Source: Flavobacteriaceae bacterium (GTDB taxonomy: Bacteria; Bacteroidota; Bacteroidia; Flavobacteriales; Flavobacteriaceae). Taken from it: a DNA stretch of 64,000 nucleotides. The stretch covers positions 1,221,980-1,285,979 of the forward strand of contig OZ252001.1 of assembly GCA_965247215.1 (NCBI GenBank), written 5' to 3'. This document shows positions 17,464 through 29,393 of this stretch, in pieces (within the stretch, counting starts at the first letter, position 1; every line of letters starts with the position of its first letter). The translations under genes and the position numbers were made by a program. Under the pieces are notes generated by a model. The model did not search any database. It saw nothing but the letters and a program-made list of their open reading frames with translations, and was not told where the DNA came from.

Positions 17464-17644
17464 AATATTTTATAACTTTTTTCATTACAGTTCGTCCTTG
17501 ATTGTCTTCTAACATTAAAAAATAAAGTCCGTCATTCAATTTTTGTATGTCAATTGACTTATTAATTAAATCAGATCCATTTAAAGATAAAATAAGTTTA
17601 CCACCAATGTTGTAAATAAGTTTTTCCAGTCCAAATTCTATAAG
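17462..17644 (-). pseudogene. orphan T9SS C-terminal sorting domain fragment
   Basis: Minus-strand frame reads ..IYNIGGKLILSLNGSDLINKSIDIQKLNDGLYFLMLEDNQGRTVMKKVIKY*; no upstream body, stop codon in frame at 17645-17647. Confidence 0.45.
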
Positions 17645-17940
17645 CTATAAGTTTTCCCTGTAATGTATTTTTATCAATGTTTAAAGTTTTAGGAATGTAC
17701 TTTAAAAAAAGGCTTATTTTATTTAGTGCGTATATTGTATTTGTACGACGATTTAACTCAACTTCGTATACAACGTTGCGGTTTACTCCTAACATTTCTG
17801 AAACCTGATGTTGAGTTAATCCTCTATCCATTCTCTCTTTTCTTAATTCATCACCAATAGTTAGAATCTCTATAGGATACCGAAAATGCTTAGGTTTAGG
17901 GTGCTTTAGGGTTAGAGGGGGTAATGGGGTACAAACAGTA

Positions 17941-18608
<668 letters not shown>

Positions 18609-18798
18609 TAATCTTAAATAATATTTATACAACTAAAAGTCTCCTCAAAAAAAATCTCAGGTATTTTACTTAGTTTAGTTTTCAATAAATAATTACTCCT
18701 TTTATAAAAAAAAGCAACTATCTACGCTGTCAATTTCAATAAATCAATGAACTTATTTCTCGCTATTCTTCAATCATAAATCAATCCCTAAGCGGGCG

Positions 18799-18831
18799 CA
18801 AATATATAACCCCTTTTTCTATTCTACCAAA
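18799..18831 (-). promoter_or_regulatory. rRNA operon promoter
   Basis: Minus strand TTTG (18831..18828), 21-nt spacer, TATATTTG (18806..18799) followed by GC-rich CGCCCGC discriminator. Confidence 0.5.
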
Positions 18832-19113
18832 ACAATTTTATTCTTTTTTAATACTTTTTTATTAACAATAATTAAGCTACTGAAAGCTATCTGTTTATGC
18901 TTGAAAAAAAAGTGTTTCTTAGGTTCAATCTTAATATAAGGACATCATAAATGGCTGTTAGAATTCACATTCATTTAGACTAATATATCAAAGAATCGAA
19001 TACATTATAGACTCTCTATCTATAACATTTAATTTCAAAAAAAAGAAATAAATGTAAAAAGTGCGAACTACTAGAATACTAAAAGTCAAATAAATGAACA
19101 ACTAGTATAAGTT

Positions 19114-19815
19114 TTATTTATTAACAGATTTTTTATTCCAATGCGATGGAAGTGCTAATAGGTCTATTGAAAATGCTGAATCTTGACGCTCTAAAATATT
19201 AGCTTGAAATGATCGTTCCAAAATATCTTCAATTAAATAATCTTCCTGATTTAAGAAAGGGTCATATTCATCCTTTAAAGAAATGTCGAACATATTAGCA
19301 GTTGTATTATACCAAAAGGCACGCCAGCCAGTTCGTAGTTCTTTTACTAATTCAAAAGCTGTTCTACCAGTTTGCCTATGTATGAGCTTTGCCAAAATCT
19401 GACCTTCAGTGCGGGTGAATTTTTTTAATTTTTCAGAAAATTCTTCCTCAATATATTTTTGTACTCTTTTAGTATATCGCTTTCTATCTCGTTTTTTTTC
19501 AATGGTATTCAATCGTTCAGTCATAGTCGTTAATCGTTCAGCTGCTAGTTTAGCATAAGGATAAACCTTCCGTGTTTTTCGTCTTAAAATAAGATAACGC
19601 CTTCGATCTTCTTTAGAATTAAATTCTAATTTATTCAGTAATATCACTTCATTTAAATCAATATATTCTGTAGGTATGGTATCGCCATCAATTAAATAAT
19701 AAAAAGTATCTGTACTATCTGATTTATATTCTACGAAAACACCCGTCTTTTGAGCAAAACATGAACCTGAATAAAACACAATCAAAACCAGAAAAATTAT
19801 TTTAAAAATTTTCAT
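19114..19815 (-). CDS. DUF4294-like secreted protein
   Basis: 233 aa; signal peptide; RRRYLILRRKTRKVYPYAKLAAERL region resembles DUF4294 family of Bacteroidota. Confidence 0.65.
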   Translation of the reverse strand: MKIFKIIFLVLIVFYSGSCFAQKTGVFVEYKSDSTDTFYYLIDGDTIPTEYIDLNEVILLNKLEFNSKEDRRRYLILRRKTRKVYPYAKLAAERLTTMTERLNTIEKKRDRKRYTKRVQKYIEEEFSEKLKKFTRTEGQILAKLIHRQTGRTAFELVKELRTGWRAFWYNTTANMFDISLKDEYDPFLNQEDYLIEDILERSFQANILERQDSAFSIDLLALPSHWNKKSVNK

Positions 19816-19936
19816 TAATAAATACTTGTTTTTATTTATTTACTAAAACCGTTCCAAAATTAAACAAATTGTATGGTACGATTTGATTTTAATTATTAAT
19901 TTTGAAATCATAAATATATAAGCTAAATAAAATCAT

Positions 19937-21022
19937 ATGGCAACTTCTCTATTAACAAAAAAATCATTACTCTTTTTAGAAAACTACCTTAACAATGCTG
20001 CTCCAACTGGTTATGAATGGGATGGACAGAAAATGTGGATGGATTATTTAAAGCCCTATGTAGATGAATTTATAACTGACACCTATGGAAATGCCGTTGG
20101 AGTTATAAACCCAAAAGCAAAATATAAGGTCGTGATAGAAGGTCATGCAGATGAAATTTCCTGGTATGTAAATTATATAAGTGATAATGGATTAATATAT
20201 GTTATTAGAAACGGGGGAAGTGACCATCAAATAGCTCCTTCAAAAGTGGTGAATATTCATACCAAAAAAGGAATTGTTAAGGGTGTTTTTGGCTGGCCAG
20301 CAATCCATACACGAAGCAGAGTAAAAGAAGAAGCTCCAAAACCAGATAATATCTTTATAGATGTAGGCTGTAAAGACAAAAAAGAAGTGGAAAAATTAGG
20401 GGTACATGTTGGAAGTGTGATTACCTATCCCGATACATTTCATATCCTAAATAAGGACAAAATTGTTTGCAGAGCTTTGGATAATAGAATCGGAGGATTT
20501 ATGATTGCTGAAGTTGCTCGACTATTGCACCTTAACAAAAAGAAGCTTCCTTTTGGCTTGTATATCACAAATTCTGTACAGGAAGAAATTGGACTACGAG
20601 GAGCGCAAATGATCACTGAACGTATAAAACCAAATGTTGCAATCGTCACCGATGTAACACATGATACCACAACCCCAATGATCAATAAGAAAAAGGAAGG
20701 TCATATTGAATTAGGAAAAGGACCAGTTATCGCATATGCTCCTGCTGTTCAACAAAAATTAAGAGATCTTATTATAGCTACTGCCGAAAAAAACAAGCTG
20801 CCTTTTCAACGTGCCGCATTGTCCAGAGCGACTGGAACAGACACCGATGCCTTCGCTTATAGCAATGGTGGGGTTGCAAGCGCATTAATTTCTTTGCCAC
20901 TTCGATATATGCATACTACAGTAGAAATGGTGCATAAAAAAGATGTAGAACATGTAATTAAATTAATCTATCATTCTCTTTTAAAAATGAAATCTGGAGA
21001 TAGTTTTAGTTATTTTGAATAG
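19937..21022 (+). CDS. M42 family metallopeptidase
   Basis: 361 aa; GHADEI, ALDNRIGG and QEEIGLRGA motifs typical of M42 aminopeptidases. Confidence 0.85.
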   Translation: MATSLLTKKSLLFLENYLNNAAPTGYEWDGQKMWMDYLKPYVDEFITDTYGNAVGVINPKAKYKVVIEGHADEISWYVNYISDNGLIYVIRNGGSDHQIAPSKVVNIHTKKGIVKGVFGWPAIHTRSRVKEEAPKPDNIFIDVGCKDKKEVEKLGVHVGSVITYPDTFHILNKDKIVCRALDNRIGGFMIAEVARLLHLNKKKLPFGLYITNSVQEEIGLRGAQMITERIKPNVAIVTDVTHDTTTPMINKKKEGHIELGKGPVIAYAPAVQQKLRDLIIATAEKNKLPFQRAALSRATGTDTDAFAYSNGGVASALISLPLRYMHTTVEMVHKKDVEHVIKLIYHSLLKMKSGDSFSYFE

Positions 21023-21441
21023 CAATAAATAATTAATAATAAAGTATTGCTTTACAAACTCAAATAGATATCGATACTGCTCAAAATCTAGCAGTTTTAA
21101 AAACCAACACAGCATTATTTAATGAAATACTGGACAATCTAAAAACAAAAGCATAAACATTGTTTTATTCAAGGTCCCTTTGTTCAAAAGCTTTCCAACA
21201 AACCGGAATCCTTTAATTTTAGCTCCAAGGGTTAGTGTGCTTAAAAAATCATCCAAAACTATCTTGAAATTATACTCTTAGATAAAGAATAAGATACAAT
21301 TAAATATCTGGTCTTTGTATATATTAATCAAAGTCATTTAAATCCAAACGGTGCCAAAAAATTTACAAAAGACCTAAATGCAATTTTAAACCAATTAGAA
21401 AAATAAAAGACCAACATTAAATTTATTACTTTCGCCATTCT

Positions 21442-22742
21442 ATGATTATAAAACATACTTGGTATCTTATATTTTTTACTTGTTTTGTTTATTCCCAACA
21501 AAGCGATTCTATTACACAATACAGTCATTATATAACTCCGGAATTTCTTCTAGGAAAAACCCTAGAATCTAATAGTGGCTTCCCAGAGACCAAATTACAG
21601 AAAGGATTATTTATGAATTTCGAAAGGTATCATAATCAAAAAATTGATGATTGAGCATATAGATTGAACTATCTAAGAACTGGAGTCTCAGTTGGTTTTA
21701 CAGACTATGGCAATCCAGAATATTTAGGATATTCTGCATCTGTCATTCCTTTTATTGAATTTGATTTCCTAAGAAAAAAGAAAAAGGATCTTAAGATGCA
21801 TATAGGTATTGGAGAAACTTATTTTACACATGAATATGATAGTGTTCCCTATATTTTTAATGAAATACTTGATAACACAAATAGATCAATTAGCACCAGA
21901 TTTACCTGGTCATTTAGATTGTTTTTACATTATGACCTGATCAAAAAAAGAAAAACAAATTGGCGAATAGGACTAGGTTATTTTCACCATTCCAATGGTC
22001 ATACTAGACTACCTAATCAGGGCTTAAACTCATTTATGGTTAGTATAAGTAGTCAAACAAATTATACCCGAAAAAAATTAATAACGAACAAAGACATAAT
22101 AACAAACCCTATTTACAAAAGAACCGCACAGGATTATATGTCTGTTCGATTTGGTATTGGGCAAAATGTTCTTTTTGAAGAATATAATATTAAGAAAGAA
22201 GTTTATGGAGTTGGTTTACAGTATGAAAAATTTTAAATAAGACGTTTAAATTTGGAGTGGGTCTTTATTACCGATACTATGAACATTATTATGATTATAT
22301 TAAAAATGATGATGATTTAGTTGTCGAAAAGTACCAGTATTTTCAAGAGGATCCATTTAAATATGCAACAAATTTTGGTGTTTTTATTACTGCTGAATTG
22401 TTGATGGGTTATATTGGATTTGAATGGGAGTTTGGTTATAATATTTACAAACCTTTTTATGAAATCGATTTTCAATTAAATCAGGGATTTTATTGGAACA
22501 TATATCCGCCTAACGGAGAAACTGAGACACTATTGATACTAGCAGAACTTGAAGACGATTATGCTATAAAACAAGCACTTTCTGCACGTGTTGGCTTAAA
22601 GTATTATTTATTTACTAATGAAAAAAGTCCTGTAAATAATCTATACCTTGGAGTTCATATAAATGCAAATGCAGGGCAGGCAGATTTTACAGAGTTAACA
22701 TTGGGTTATGTATATAGGTTTAAGTTGAAGGAAAAAAAATAA
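21442..22742 (+). pseudogene. acyloxyacyl hydrolase (PagL-like lipid A deacylase) disrupted twice
   Basis: Three consecutive ORFs; the first two are in the same frame, separated by in-frame TGA at 21652-21654; the third is shifted by a frameshift at 22227-22240 (GAAAAATTTT); HHSNGH catalytic motif. Confidence 0.6.
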
Positions 22743-22749
22743 GAATACC

Positions 22750-23703
22750 TTAAATCATTTCAAAATAAGCTGAAACATTTTTTATAATACGTTCTTCTAT
22801 ATTCGAAACATCTGCTTTAACAAATTTTTCTCCTGTAATATTCTCGTATAATTCGATATACCGCTCCGAAACCGTATCAATATAAAAATCGTCCATAAAC
22901 GGAACCTCCTGCCCATCTAGTCCCTGAAACCCATTTTGTATTAACCATTGCCGTACAAACTCTTTTGAAAGTTGCTTTTGAGATTCACCTTTCGCTTGTC
23001 GTTCCTCATACCCTTCAGCATAGAAATAACGAGATGAATCCGGCGTATGGATCTCATCGATTAAGACGATTTCACCTTCTTTTGTTTTTCCGAATTCATA
23101 CTTGGTGTCTACTAATATAAGTCCGCGTTTTGCAGCAATTTCAGTACCTCGCTTAAATAATTTTCGAGTATAATCTTCAAGAATAATATAATCTTCTTCA
23201 GTCACAATACTCTTTTTTATAATTTCATCACGAGAAATATCTTCATCGTGATTGCCGCTTTCTACCTTAGTTGCTGGTGTAATAATTGGAGAAGGGAATT
23301 TATCATTTTCTATCATTCCCTCAGGCATTGCAACCCCACACAACATTCTATTACCCAACGTATACTCCCTAGCTGCGTGACCGCTCATATAGCCACGAAT
23401 TACCATTTCAACTTTAAAAGGATCACAGGCTTTTCCAATAACAACATTTGGGTCAGGGGTAGCTAGTAACCAATTTGGAACAAGATCTTCTGTATCCCTC
23501 ATCATTTGAGTAGCAATCTGGTTTAAGATTTGTCCTTTGTAGGGTATTCCTTTTGGCATAACAACATCAAAAGCACTTAATCGATCGGTTGCGATCATCA
23601 ATAATATATCGTTCTCCAAGGTATAGACTTCACGAACTTTACCGTGGTAAACACTTTTTTGTTCTGGAAAATTAAAAGCTGATTTAGTAATAGTATTACT
23701 CAT
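22750..23703 (-). CDS. purC: phosphoribosylaminoimidazole-succinocarboxamide synthase
   Basis: 317 aa long-form SAICAR synthetase. Confidence 0.95.
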   Translation of the reverse strand: MSNTITKSAFNFPEQKSVYHGKVREVYTLENDILLMIATDRLSAFDVVMPKGIPYKGQILNQIATQMMRDTEDLVPNWLLATPDPNVVIGKACDPFKVEMVIRGYMSGHAAREYTLGNRMLCGVAMPEGMIENDKFPSPIITPATKVESGNHDEDISRDEIIKKSIVTEEDYIILEDYTRKLFKRGTEIAAKRGLILVDTKYEFGKTKEGEIVLIDEIHTPDSSRYFYAEGYEERQAKGESQKQLSKEFVRQWLIQNGFQGLDGQEVPFMDDFYIDTVSERYIELYENITGEKFVKADVSNIEERIIKNVSAYFEMI

Positions 23704-23707
23704 TCAA

Positions 23708-24661
23708 TTAATCTGTATTTTCTATGGATCTGTATGCAGAAATAACTTTTTTAACCAATCGATGTCGTATTACGTCTTTATCATCCAGGTGAATTATTCC
23801 AACACCACTTACATCTTTCAACACTAATAAGGCTTCTTTTAATCCTGAGATGACGCGTCGAGGTAAATCGATCTGTCCAGGGTCGCCCGTAATCATAAAC
23901 TTTGCGGTTTTCCCCATACGTGTTAAAAACATTTTCATTTGAGCATGGGTGGTGTTTTGAGCTTCATCTAAAATCACAAAAGCATCGTCTAAGGTACGAC
24001 CTCTCATAAAAGCTAAGGGAGCAATTTGTATGATGCCTTTTTCTAAATGAGAATCCAATTTTTCATAGGGTATCATATCTCTTAATGCATCGTATAATGG
24101 TTGCATATAGGGATCTAATTTTTCTTTAAGATCTCCTGGAAGAAACCCAAGATTCTCGCCAGCTTCAATAGCTGGACGTGTTAAAATAATACGTTTTACT
24201 TGTTTCTCTTTTAATGCTTTAACGGCTAATGCAACTCCGGTATAGGTTTTTCCAGTTCCTGCGGGACCCACTGCAAATACCATATCATTCTTCACCATAA
24301 GTTCCACTAATTTGCGCTGGTTTGCAGTTTGTGCTTTTATTTTTCTTCCATTAACGCCATGGACTAAAATGGAATTCGAACTTTCTGGGGTTTCATATTC
24401 ATCTTTATTCCTACTTAACAAAACTCGCTCAATTACATTTTCATCTAATTTATTATACTTTACAAAATGTTCTAATAACATAGCAAGGCGTTTATCGAAT
24501 TCGTCTAAAACCTCTTCATCACCAAAAGCTCTTATCTTATTACCACGTGCAACAATTTTTAATTTAGGAAAGAGTTCTTTTAGTAGGTTGATATTAGCGT
24601 TTTGATCTCCAAAAAATTCCCTTGGGCTAATTTCAGTTAATTCAATAATAAGTTCGTTCAA
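23708..24661 (-). CDS. phoH: PhoH family ATPase
   Basis: 317 aa; Walker A GPAGTGKTY, ILDEAQN Walker B region. Confidence 0.9.
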   Translation of the reverse strand: MNELIIELTEISPREFFGDQNANINLLKELFPKLKIVARGNKIRAFGDEEVLDEFDKRLAMLLEHFVKYNKLDENVIERVLLSRNKDEYETPESSNSILVHGVNGRKIKAQTANQRKLVELMVKNDMVFAVGPAGTGKTYTGVALAVKALKEKQVKRIILTRPAIEAGENLGFLPGDLKEKLDPYMQPLYDALRDMIPYEKLDSHLEKGIIQIAPLAFMRGRTLDDAFVILDEAQNTTHAQMKMFLTRMGKTAKFMITGDPGQIDLPRRVISGLKEALLVLKDVSGVGIIHLDDKDVIRHRLVKKVISAYRSIENTD

Positions 24662-24763
24662 AAGCGGTTCAATTTAAAAAAATTAATAAAGCAGTAAATA
24701 GTTTTTGTCAATCACAAAAGTACAGTATTTTTGTGGTACTTGGTTTAAAAATATATCAATAAT

Positions 24764-25600
24764 ATGCCCAAATCTTTAATTACACTTACTACCGATTTTG
24801 GAGAGAAAGATCACTTTGCAGGAGCGGTAAAAGGGGCTATTTACAGTGAATTAGATGCTATAAAAATTGTTGATATCTCGCATTCTATTTCACCGTTTCA
24901 TATTACAGAAGCTGCTTATATTATACAAAATGCCTACAAGAATTTTCCTCAGGGGAGTATCCATATTATCGGTATTGATTCAGAATTAAATCCTGAGAAC
25001 AAACACATAGCAGTTTTACTGGATGGACATTATTTTATATGTGCTAATAATGGTATTATTTCGATGTTGACTTCAGAGATTAACCCTGAAAAAATTGTAG
25101 AAATTAACGTACATGAACGGAAGAAATCGAATTTTCCTGTATTGGATGTTTTTGTTAAAGTAGCTTGCCACATCGCCCGAGGAGGGACTCTTGATGTAAT
25201 AGGGAAATCTATTTCAAATATTAAACAATTAACAGGGATAAAACCAGTTATAAATCCAGAAAGCAATCAAATTATAGGGAATGTAATCTATATTGATAAC
25301 TATGGAAATGTGATTAGCAATATAGCAAAGACAATGTTTGCAGAAATTGGAAAAGGAAGAGAATTTACTATTAGAGCGCGAACCGCAAATTTTAGTGAAA
25401 TACACAATCGGTATAGTGATGCTATCAACTTTGAAATTCCTAAGGAACGGCGCGAAGAGGATGGTAAAAAATTAGCCTTATGGAATTCCTCTGGGTTTTT
25501 GGAGTTGGCAATTTACAAAAGTAATCCCAGCACAATAGGCAGTGCATCTACATTGTTTGGACTTAATTATAGAGATACGGTTAGTGTTTATTTTAAATAA
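24764..25600 (+). CDS. SAM hydrolase / SAM-dependent halogenase family (DUF62) protein
   Basis: 278 aa; N-terminal LITLTTDFGEKDHFAGAVKG typical of the family. Confidence 0.8.
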   Translation: MPKSLITLTTDFGEKDHFAGAVKGAIYSELDAIKIVDISHSISPFHITEAAYIIQNAYKNFPQGSIHIIGIDSELNPENKHIAVLLDGHYFICANNGIISMLTSEINPEKIVEINVHERKKSNFPVLDVFVKVACHIARGGTLDVIGKSISNIKQLTGIKPVINPESNQIIGNVIYIDNYGNVISNIAKTMFAEIGKGREFTIRARTANFSEIHNRYSDAINFEIPKERREEDGKKLALWNSSGFLELAIYKSNPSTIGSASTLFGLNYRDTVSVYFK

Positions 25601-25643
25601 GTTAATGATTTAATAAATGTATAACCAAATAACTGAATAACAA

Positions 25644-26363
25644 ATGATACCCATTTTAAAACGAGAAATAAATTCCTTTTTTGCCAGTTCTATCGGCTAT
25701 TTGGTTATTGCTATTTTTCTGGTTATTAACGGCTTATTTCTTTGGGTTTTTAAGGGTGATTTTAATGTTTTCGATACAGGTTTTGCTGATCTAGCTGTCT
25801 ATTTTGAATTGACTCCCTGGATCCTTTTATTTCTAATTCCTGCTGTGACTATGAGGACTTTTAGCGATGAAAAGAAAATGGGAACTCTGGAACTCTTACT
25901 TACCAAACCCATATCAATAAAAAATATCGTCCTTGGAAAATATGCTGGAGCAATTATTCTTATTGGACTTGCTTTACTTCCTACATTACTATACGTTTTT
26001 ACTATTTCAAAACTCGGTAATCCCTCTGGAAATTGGGATATAGGAAGCACGATAGGTTCTTTTTTAGGATTGTTATTTTTAGTATTTGCTTATGTTGCAA
26101 TTGGTATTTTTGCTTCAACACTTTCAAAAAATCAGGTAGTCGCATTTATATTTGCTGTATTCTTTTCTTTTTTTATGTATTTCGGTTTCGAAGGAATTTC
26201 CTCACTATTTGGCTCCTCCAATACTATCTTTATTAATTTAGGAATGAAAGCACATTTTCATAGTGTTGCCAGAGGAGTTTTAGATAGCAGAGATCTTATT
26301 TATTTTATCAGTGTTTCGGTAATTTTTATTTCACTTACCATTTTTAAATTAGAAAAAGAATAA
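25644..26363 (+). CDS. gldF: gliding motility ABC transporter permease GldF
   Basis: 239 aa ABC-2 permease directly followed by GldG-like gene. Confidence 0.8.
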   Translation: MIPILKREINSFFASSIGYLVIAIFLVINGLFLWVFKGDFNVFDTGFADLAVYFELTPWILLFLIPAVTMRTFSDEKKMGTLELLLTKPISIKNIVLGKYAGAIILIGLALLPTLLYVFTISKLGNPSGNWDIGSTIGSFLGLLFLVFAYVAIGIFASTLSKNQVVAFIFAVFFSFFMYFGFEGISSLFGSSNTIFINLGMKAHFHSVARGVLDSRDLIYFISVSVIFISLTIFKLEKE

Positions 26364-28036
26364 TGGTAAGGATACTGAAATATTCCAAAAAATTATTGCT
26401 GATCATTGGAAGTATCATCCTTCTGAATATTTTCGGAAGTTACTTCTACAAACGCTTTGATCTAACTCAAGATAAACGATATACCCTTTCTGAAGCTGCA
26501 AAAAAAACCATTGAATCATTAGAGGCTCCAATTTTTATTGATGTTTTTTTAACAGGGGATTTTCCTTCTGAATTCAAAAGACTTCAAGCTGAAACAAAAC
26601 AATTATTGGAAGAATTTGAAACGTTTAATTCATCTATAAAATTTAAGTTTGTCAACCCTACAAAAGTCGAAAAAGATGCCGAAGCATTAATTAGGTTTGG
26701 GCTTAAACCCGCTCAGGTTGAGCTAAATGAAAATGGAAAGATCAGTATCCAGCAAATTTTTCCTTGGGCTATAGCCACTTATCTTGGTAGACCAATTAAA
26801 ATTCCATTGCTTAAAAATCAACTTGGTATCACCTTTGAAGAACGAGTTAATAATTCTGTTCAAAATTTGGAATATGCTTTTGCAGATGGTTTTAACAAAT
26901 TGGTTCATCCCAAAAAAAGAACCGTTGCCGTACTAAAAGGAAATGAAGAACTGGAGGATAAATATGTAGTTGATTTTTTTAAAACGCTCCGAGAGTATTA
27001 TTATATCGCTCCATTTACATTAGATTCGACAGCAACCTCACCTGCAAATACTTTGGAGCAAATAAAGAAGTTTGATTTAATTGTTATTGCCAATCCAACG
27101 GAAGCATTCACAGATGAAGAAAAATACATCCTCGATCAATACACTATGTCTGGAGGGGCTTCCCTATGGTTAATAGATGCTATTACTTTAAATAAAGACA
27201 CAGTAAGTGGCAATGATTTTGCCTTTGGAAAAGATTTGAATCTAACCGACCTGTTCTTTAAATATGGGATTCGAATCAACCCCAATTTAGTAAAGGACCT
27301 TTACTCTGCACCTATTTTATTAGCTTCTGGTTCAGAAAGAGAATCACAATACAATCGGTATCCCTGGTTTTTTAGTCCCTTGAGTTCTAGTGCCAATAAT
27401 CATCCCATAATCACCAATATTGAAGCGGTAAAATTTGAATATGCAAGTAGTATTGATCTGCTTCCAAATGACCTTCAAAAAACAATTTTATTGACTTCCT
27501 CTCCAATTTCAAGAATTATCGGTTTACCTGTGGAAATAGATATCACGAAGGAAATTACTGAAAATTTAAAAATTGTAAATGAAGGGCCAACAGACGAATT
27601 CAACACAGGAGAAATTCCAATTGCTGTTTTATTAGAAGGGTCTTTTCCATCTGCATATACTAACCGAGTTAAACCTTTTGCTATTGAAGATGATGAGTCA
27701 ATTAGTTCGCCCACAAAGATGGTGGTGATTAGTGATGGGAGCATCATTAAAAATCAGCTTCAAGGAAACAGACCCTTAGAACTTGGCTATGATAAATGGA
27801 CTAATTCATTTTATGGAAATAAGGAATTTTTACTCAATACAGTTAACTATTTATTGGATGATAGCGGACTTATAAACATTAGAAGTAAAGAAATTTCCGT
27901 ACCCTTCTTAGACCCTCAAAAAGTAGCTAAACAACGAAGGCTATGGCAATTTGTTAATATTGTGTTACCATTGGTCTTATTAGGACTATTTGGCTTTCTT
28001 TTTAACTATTTCAGAAAACAGAAATACATGCGATAG
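26363..28036 (+). CDS. gldG: gliding motility-associated ABC transporter component GldG
   Basis: 557 aa, N- and C-terminal TM anchors; start overlaps gldF stop. Confidence 0.8.
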   Translation: MVRILKYSKKLLLIIGSIILLNIFGSYFYKRFDLTQDKRYTLSEAAKKTIESLEAPIFIDVFLTGDFPSEFKRLQAETKQLLEEFETFNSSIKFKFVNPTKVEKDAEALIRFGLKPAQVELNENGKISIQQIFPWAIATYLGRPIKIPLLKNQLGITFEERVNNSVQNLEYAFADGFNKLVHPKKRTVAVLKGNEELEDKYVVDFFKTLREYYYIAPFTLDSTATSPANTLEQIKKFDLIVIANPTEAFTDEEKYILDQYTMSGGASLWLIDAITLNKDTVSGNDFAFGKDLNLTDLFFKYGIRINPNLVKDLYSAPILLASGSERESQYNRYPWFFSPLSSSANNHPIITNIEAVKFEYASSIDLLPNDLQKTILLTSSPISRIIGLPVEIDITKEITENLKIVNEGPTDEFNTGEIPIAVLLEGSFPSAYTNRVKPFAIEDDESISSPTKMVVISDGSIIKNQLQGNRPLELGYDKWTNSFYGNKEFLLNTVNYLLDDSGLINIRSKEISVPFLDPQKVAKQRRLWQFVNIVLPLVLLGLFGFLFNYFRKQKYMR

Positions 28037-28161
28037 TTGTTAATAAGTTTCTTTTAAATTCAAAAGGTTGAGAGACCTTTTTAGAATATATTTGTATTTA
28101 GTCGTATAATTAAAATTCAGTAAAAAATTATCTTTTTGATCAATCAATAAAAGTTTTAAAA

Positions 28162-29280
28162 ATGAAATTCATAGTATCAAGTTCTTATTTATTAAAGCAA
28201 CTTCAGATGTTGGGGGGTATAATCAATAATAATAACACCTTACCAATATTAGATAACTTTTTGTTTAATCTTGATAGTAATGCTCTAACAGTTTCTGCAT
28301 CTGATCTTGAAACTACAATTTCTTCAAAATTAGAAGTAGAAAGCAATGAAAAGGGATCTGTTTGTATTCCTGCAAGACTTTTATTAGATACCTTAAAAAC
28401 GTTTCCTGAACAACCACTAACATTTACTATTGAAGATAATAACACCATTGAAATTACTTCAGATCAGGGAAAATATGCTTTGGCCTATGCAAACGGTGAA
28501 GAATTTCCAAGCCCAATAGAATTAAAAGATCCCAGCACAACAGAAATGCTTGGTGAAGTTTTAGCTTCTGCAATTTCAAAAACCATTTTTGCTGCAGGAA
28601 ATGATGACCTTAGACCTGTAATGAGTGGTGTTTTCTTTCGGTTTACCAATGACGGACTTACATTCGTTGCAACTGATGCGCATAAATTAGTAAAATATAC
28701 TCGCAGTGATCTGAGTGCTTCACAAGCAGCTGAATTTATCATGCCAAAAAAACCATTGAATTTATTGAAATCCATTTTAGCTGGTAGTGAAGAGAAGGTA
28801 ACAATCGAATACAATGAGTCCAATGCAAAGTTCATCTTTGAATCTACGGAAATGGTAAGCAGATTGATTGACGGTAAATACCCAAATTACGAAGCGGTAA
28901 TCCCAAAAGAGAATCCAAATAAATTAAGTATTGAACGTAATTTGTTTTTAAATTCAGTCCGTCGTGTTTCCATATTCTCCAATAAAACAACCCATCAAAT
29001 TCGTTTAAAAATTGCAGGGGCAGAACTTAATATTTCGGCTGAAGATATTGATTATAGTAATAAAGCCGAAGAGCGTTTAACCTGTGATTATCAGGGAGAC
29101 GATATGCAAATTGGATTTAATTCTCGATTCTTAACAGAAATGCTAAACAACCTGAATAGTGATGAAGTTTCTCTTGAAATGTCACTTCCAAACCGTGCTG
29201 GTATCTTAACACCAATCGATGGCTTGGAGGAAGGAGAATTAATCACGATGTTAGTTATGCCCGTGATGCTTAATAATTAG
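28162..29280 (+). CDS. dnaN: DNA polymerase III beta sliding clamp
   Basis: 372 aa, full-length DnaN-like. Confidence 0.95.
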   Translation: MKFIVSSSYLLKQLQMLGGIINNNNTLPILDNFLFNLDSNALTVSASDLETTISSKLEVESNEKGSVCIPARLLLDTLKTFPEQPLTFTIEDNNTIEITSDQGKYALAYANGEEFPSPIELKDPSTTEMLGEVLASAISKTIFAAGNDDLRPVMSGVFFRFTNDGLTFVATDAHKLVKYTRSDLSASQAAEFIMPKKPLNLLKSILAGSEEKVTIEYNESNAKFIFESTEMVSRLIDGKYPNYEAVIPKENPNKLSIERNLFLNSVRRVSIFSNKTTHQIRLKIAGAELNISAEDIDYSNKAEERLTCDYQGDDMQIGFNSRFLTEMLNNLNSDEVSLEMSLPNRAGILTPIDGLEEGELITMLVMPVMLNN

Positions 29281-29393
29281 GATTAAGTAGATTAGTATTT
29301 TATAAAGCGAGTATTTTTTTGGGTGAAATTAGAATAAATTAATAAGACCTTCATTAAGTCAATCACTCATTCACTCTTCTCATCATTCAATGA

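Noticed and set aside
17905-17935. 11-nt identity (TGTTTGTACCC) between the 16S breakpoint region and the end of the IS1595-like transposase gene (53955-53965), suggesting the IS caused the rRNA truncation
   Set aside because: The match is short, lies within the transposase coding sequence rather than at an IS terminus, and the similarity does not extend. It is treated as coincidence.
21652-21654. In-frame TGA as possible evidence for an alternative genetic code or selenocysteine
   Set aside because: Other disrupted genes here carry in-frame TAA and TAG instead. The same gene also has a frameshift. No SECIS-like hairpin follows. Trp is encoded by TGG throughout (e.g. the WxQQQK repeats). Pseudogenisation is the simpler explanation.
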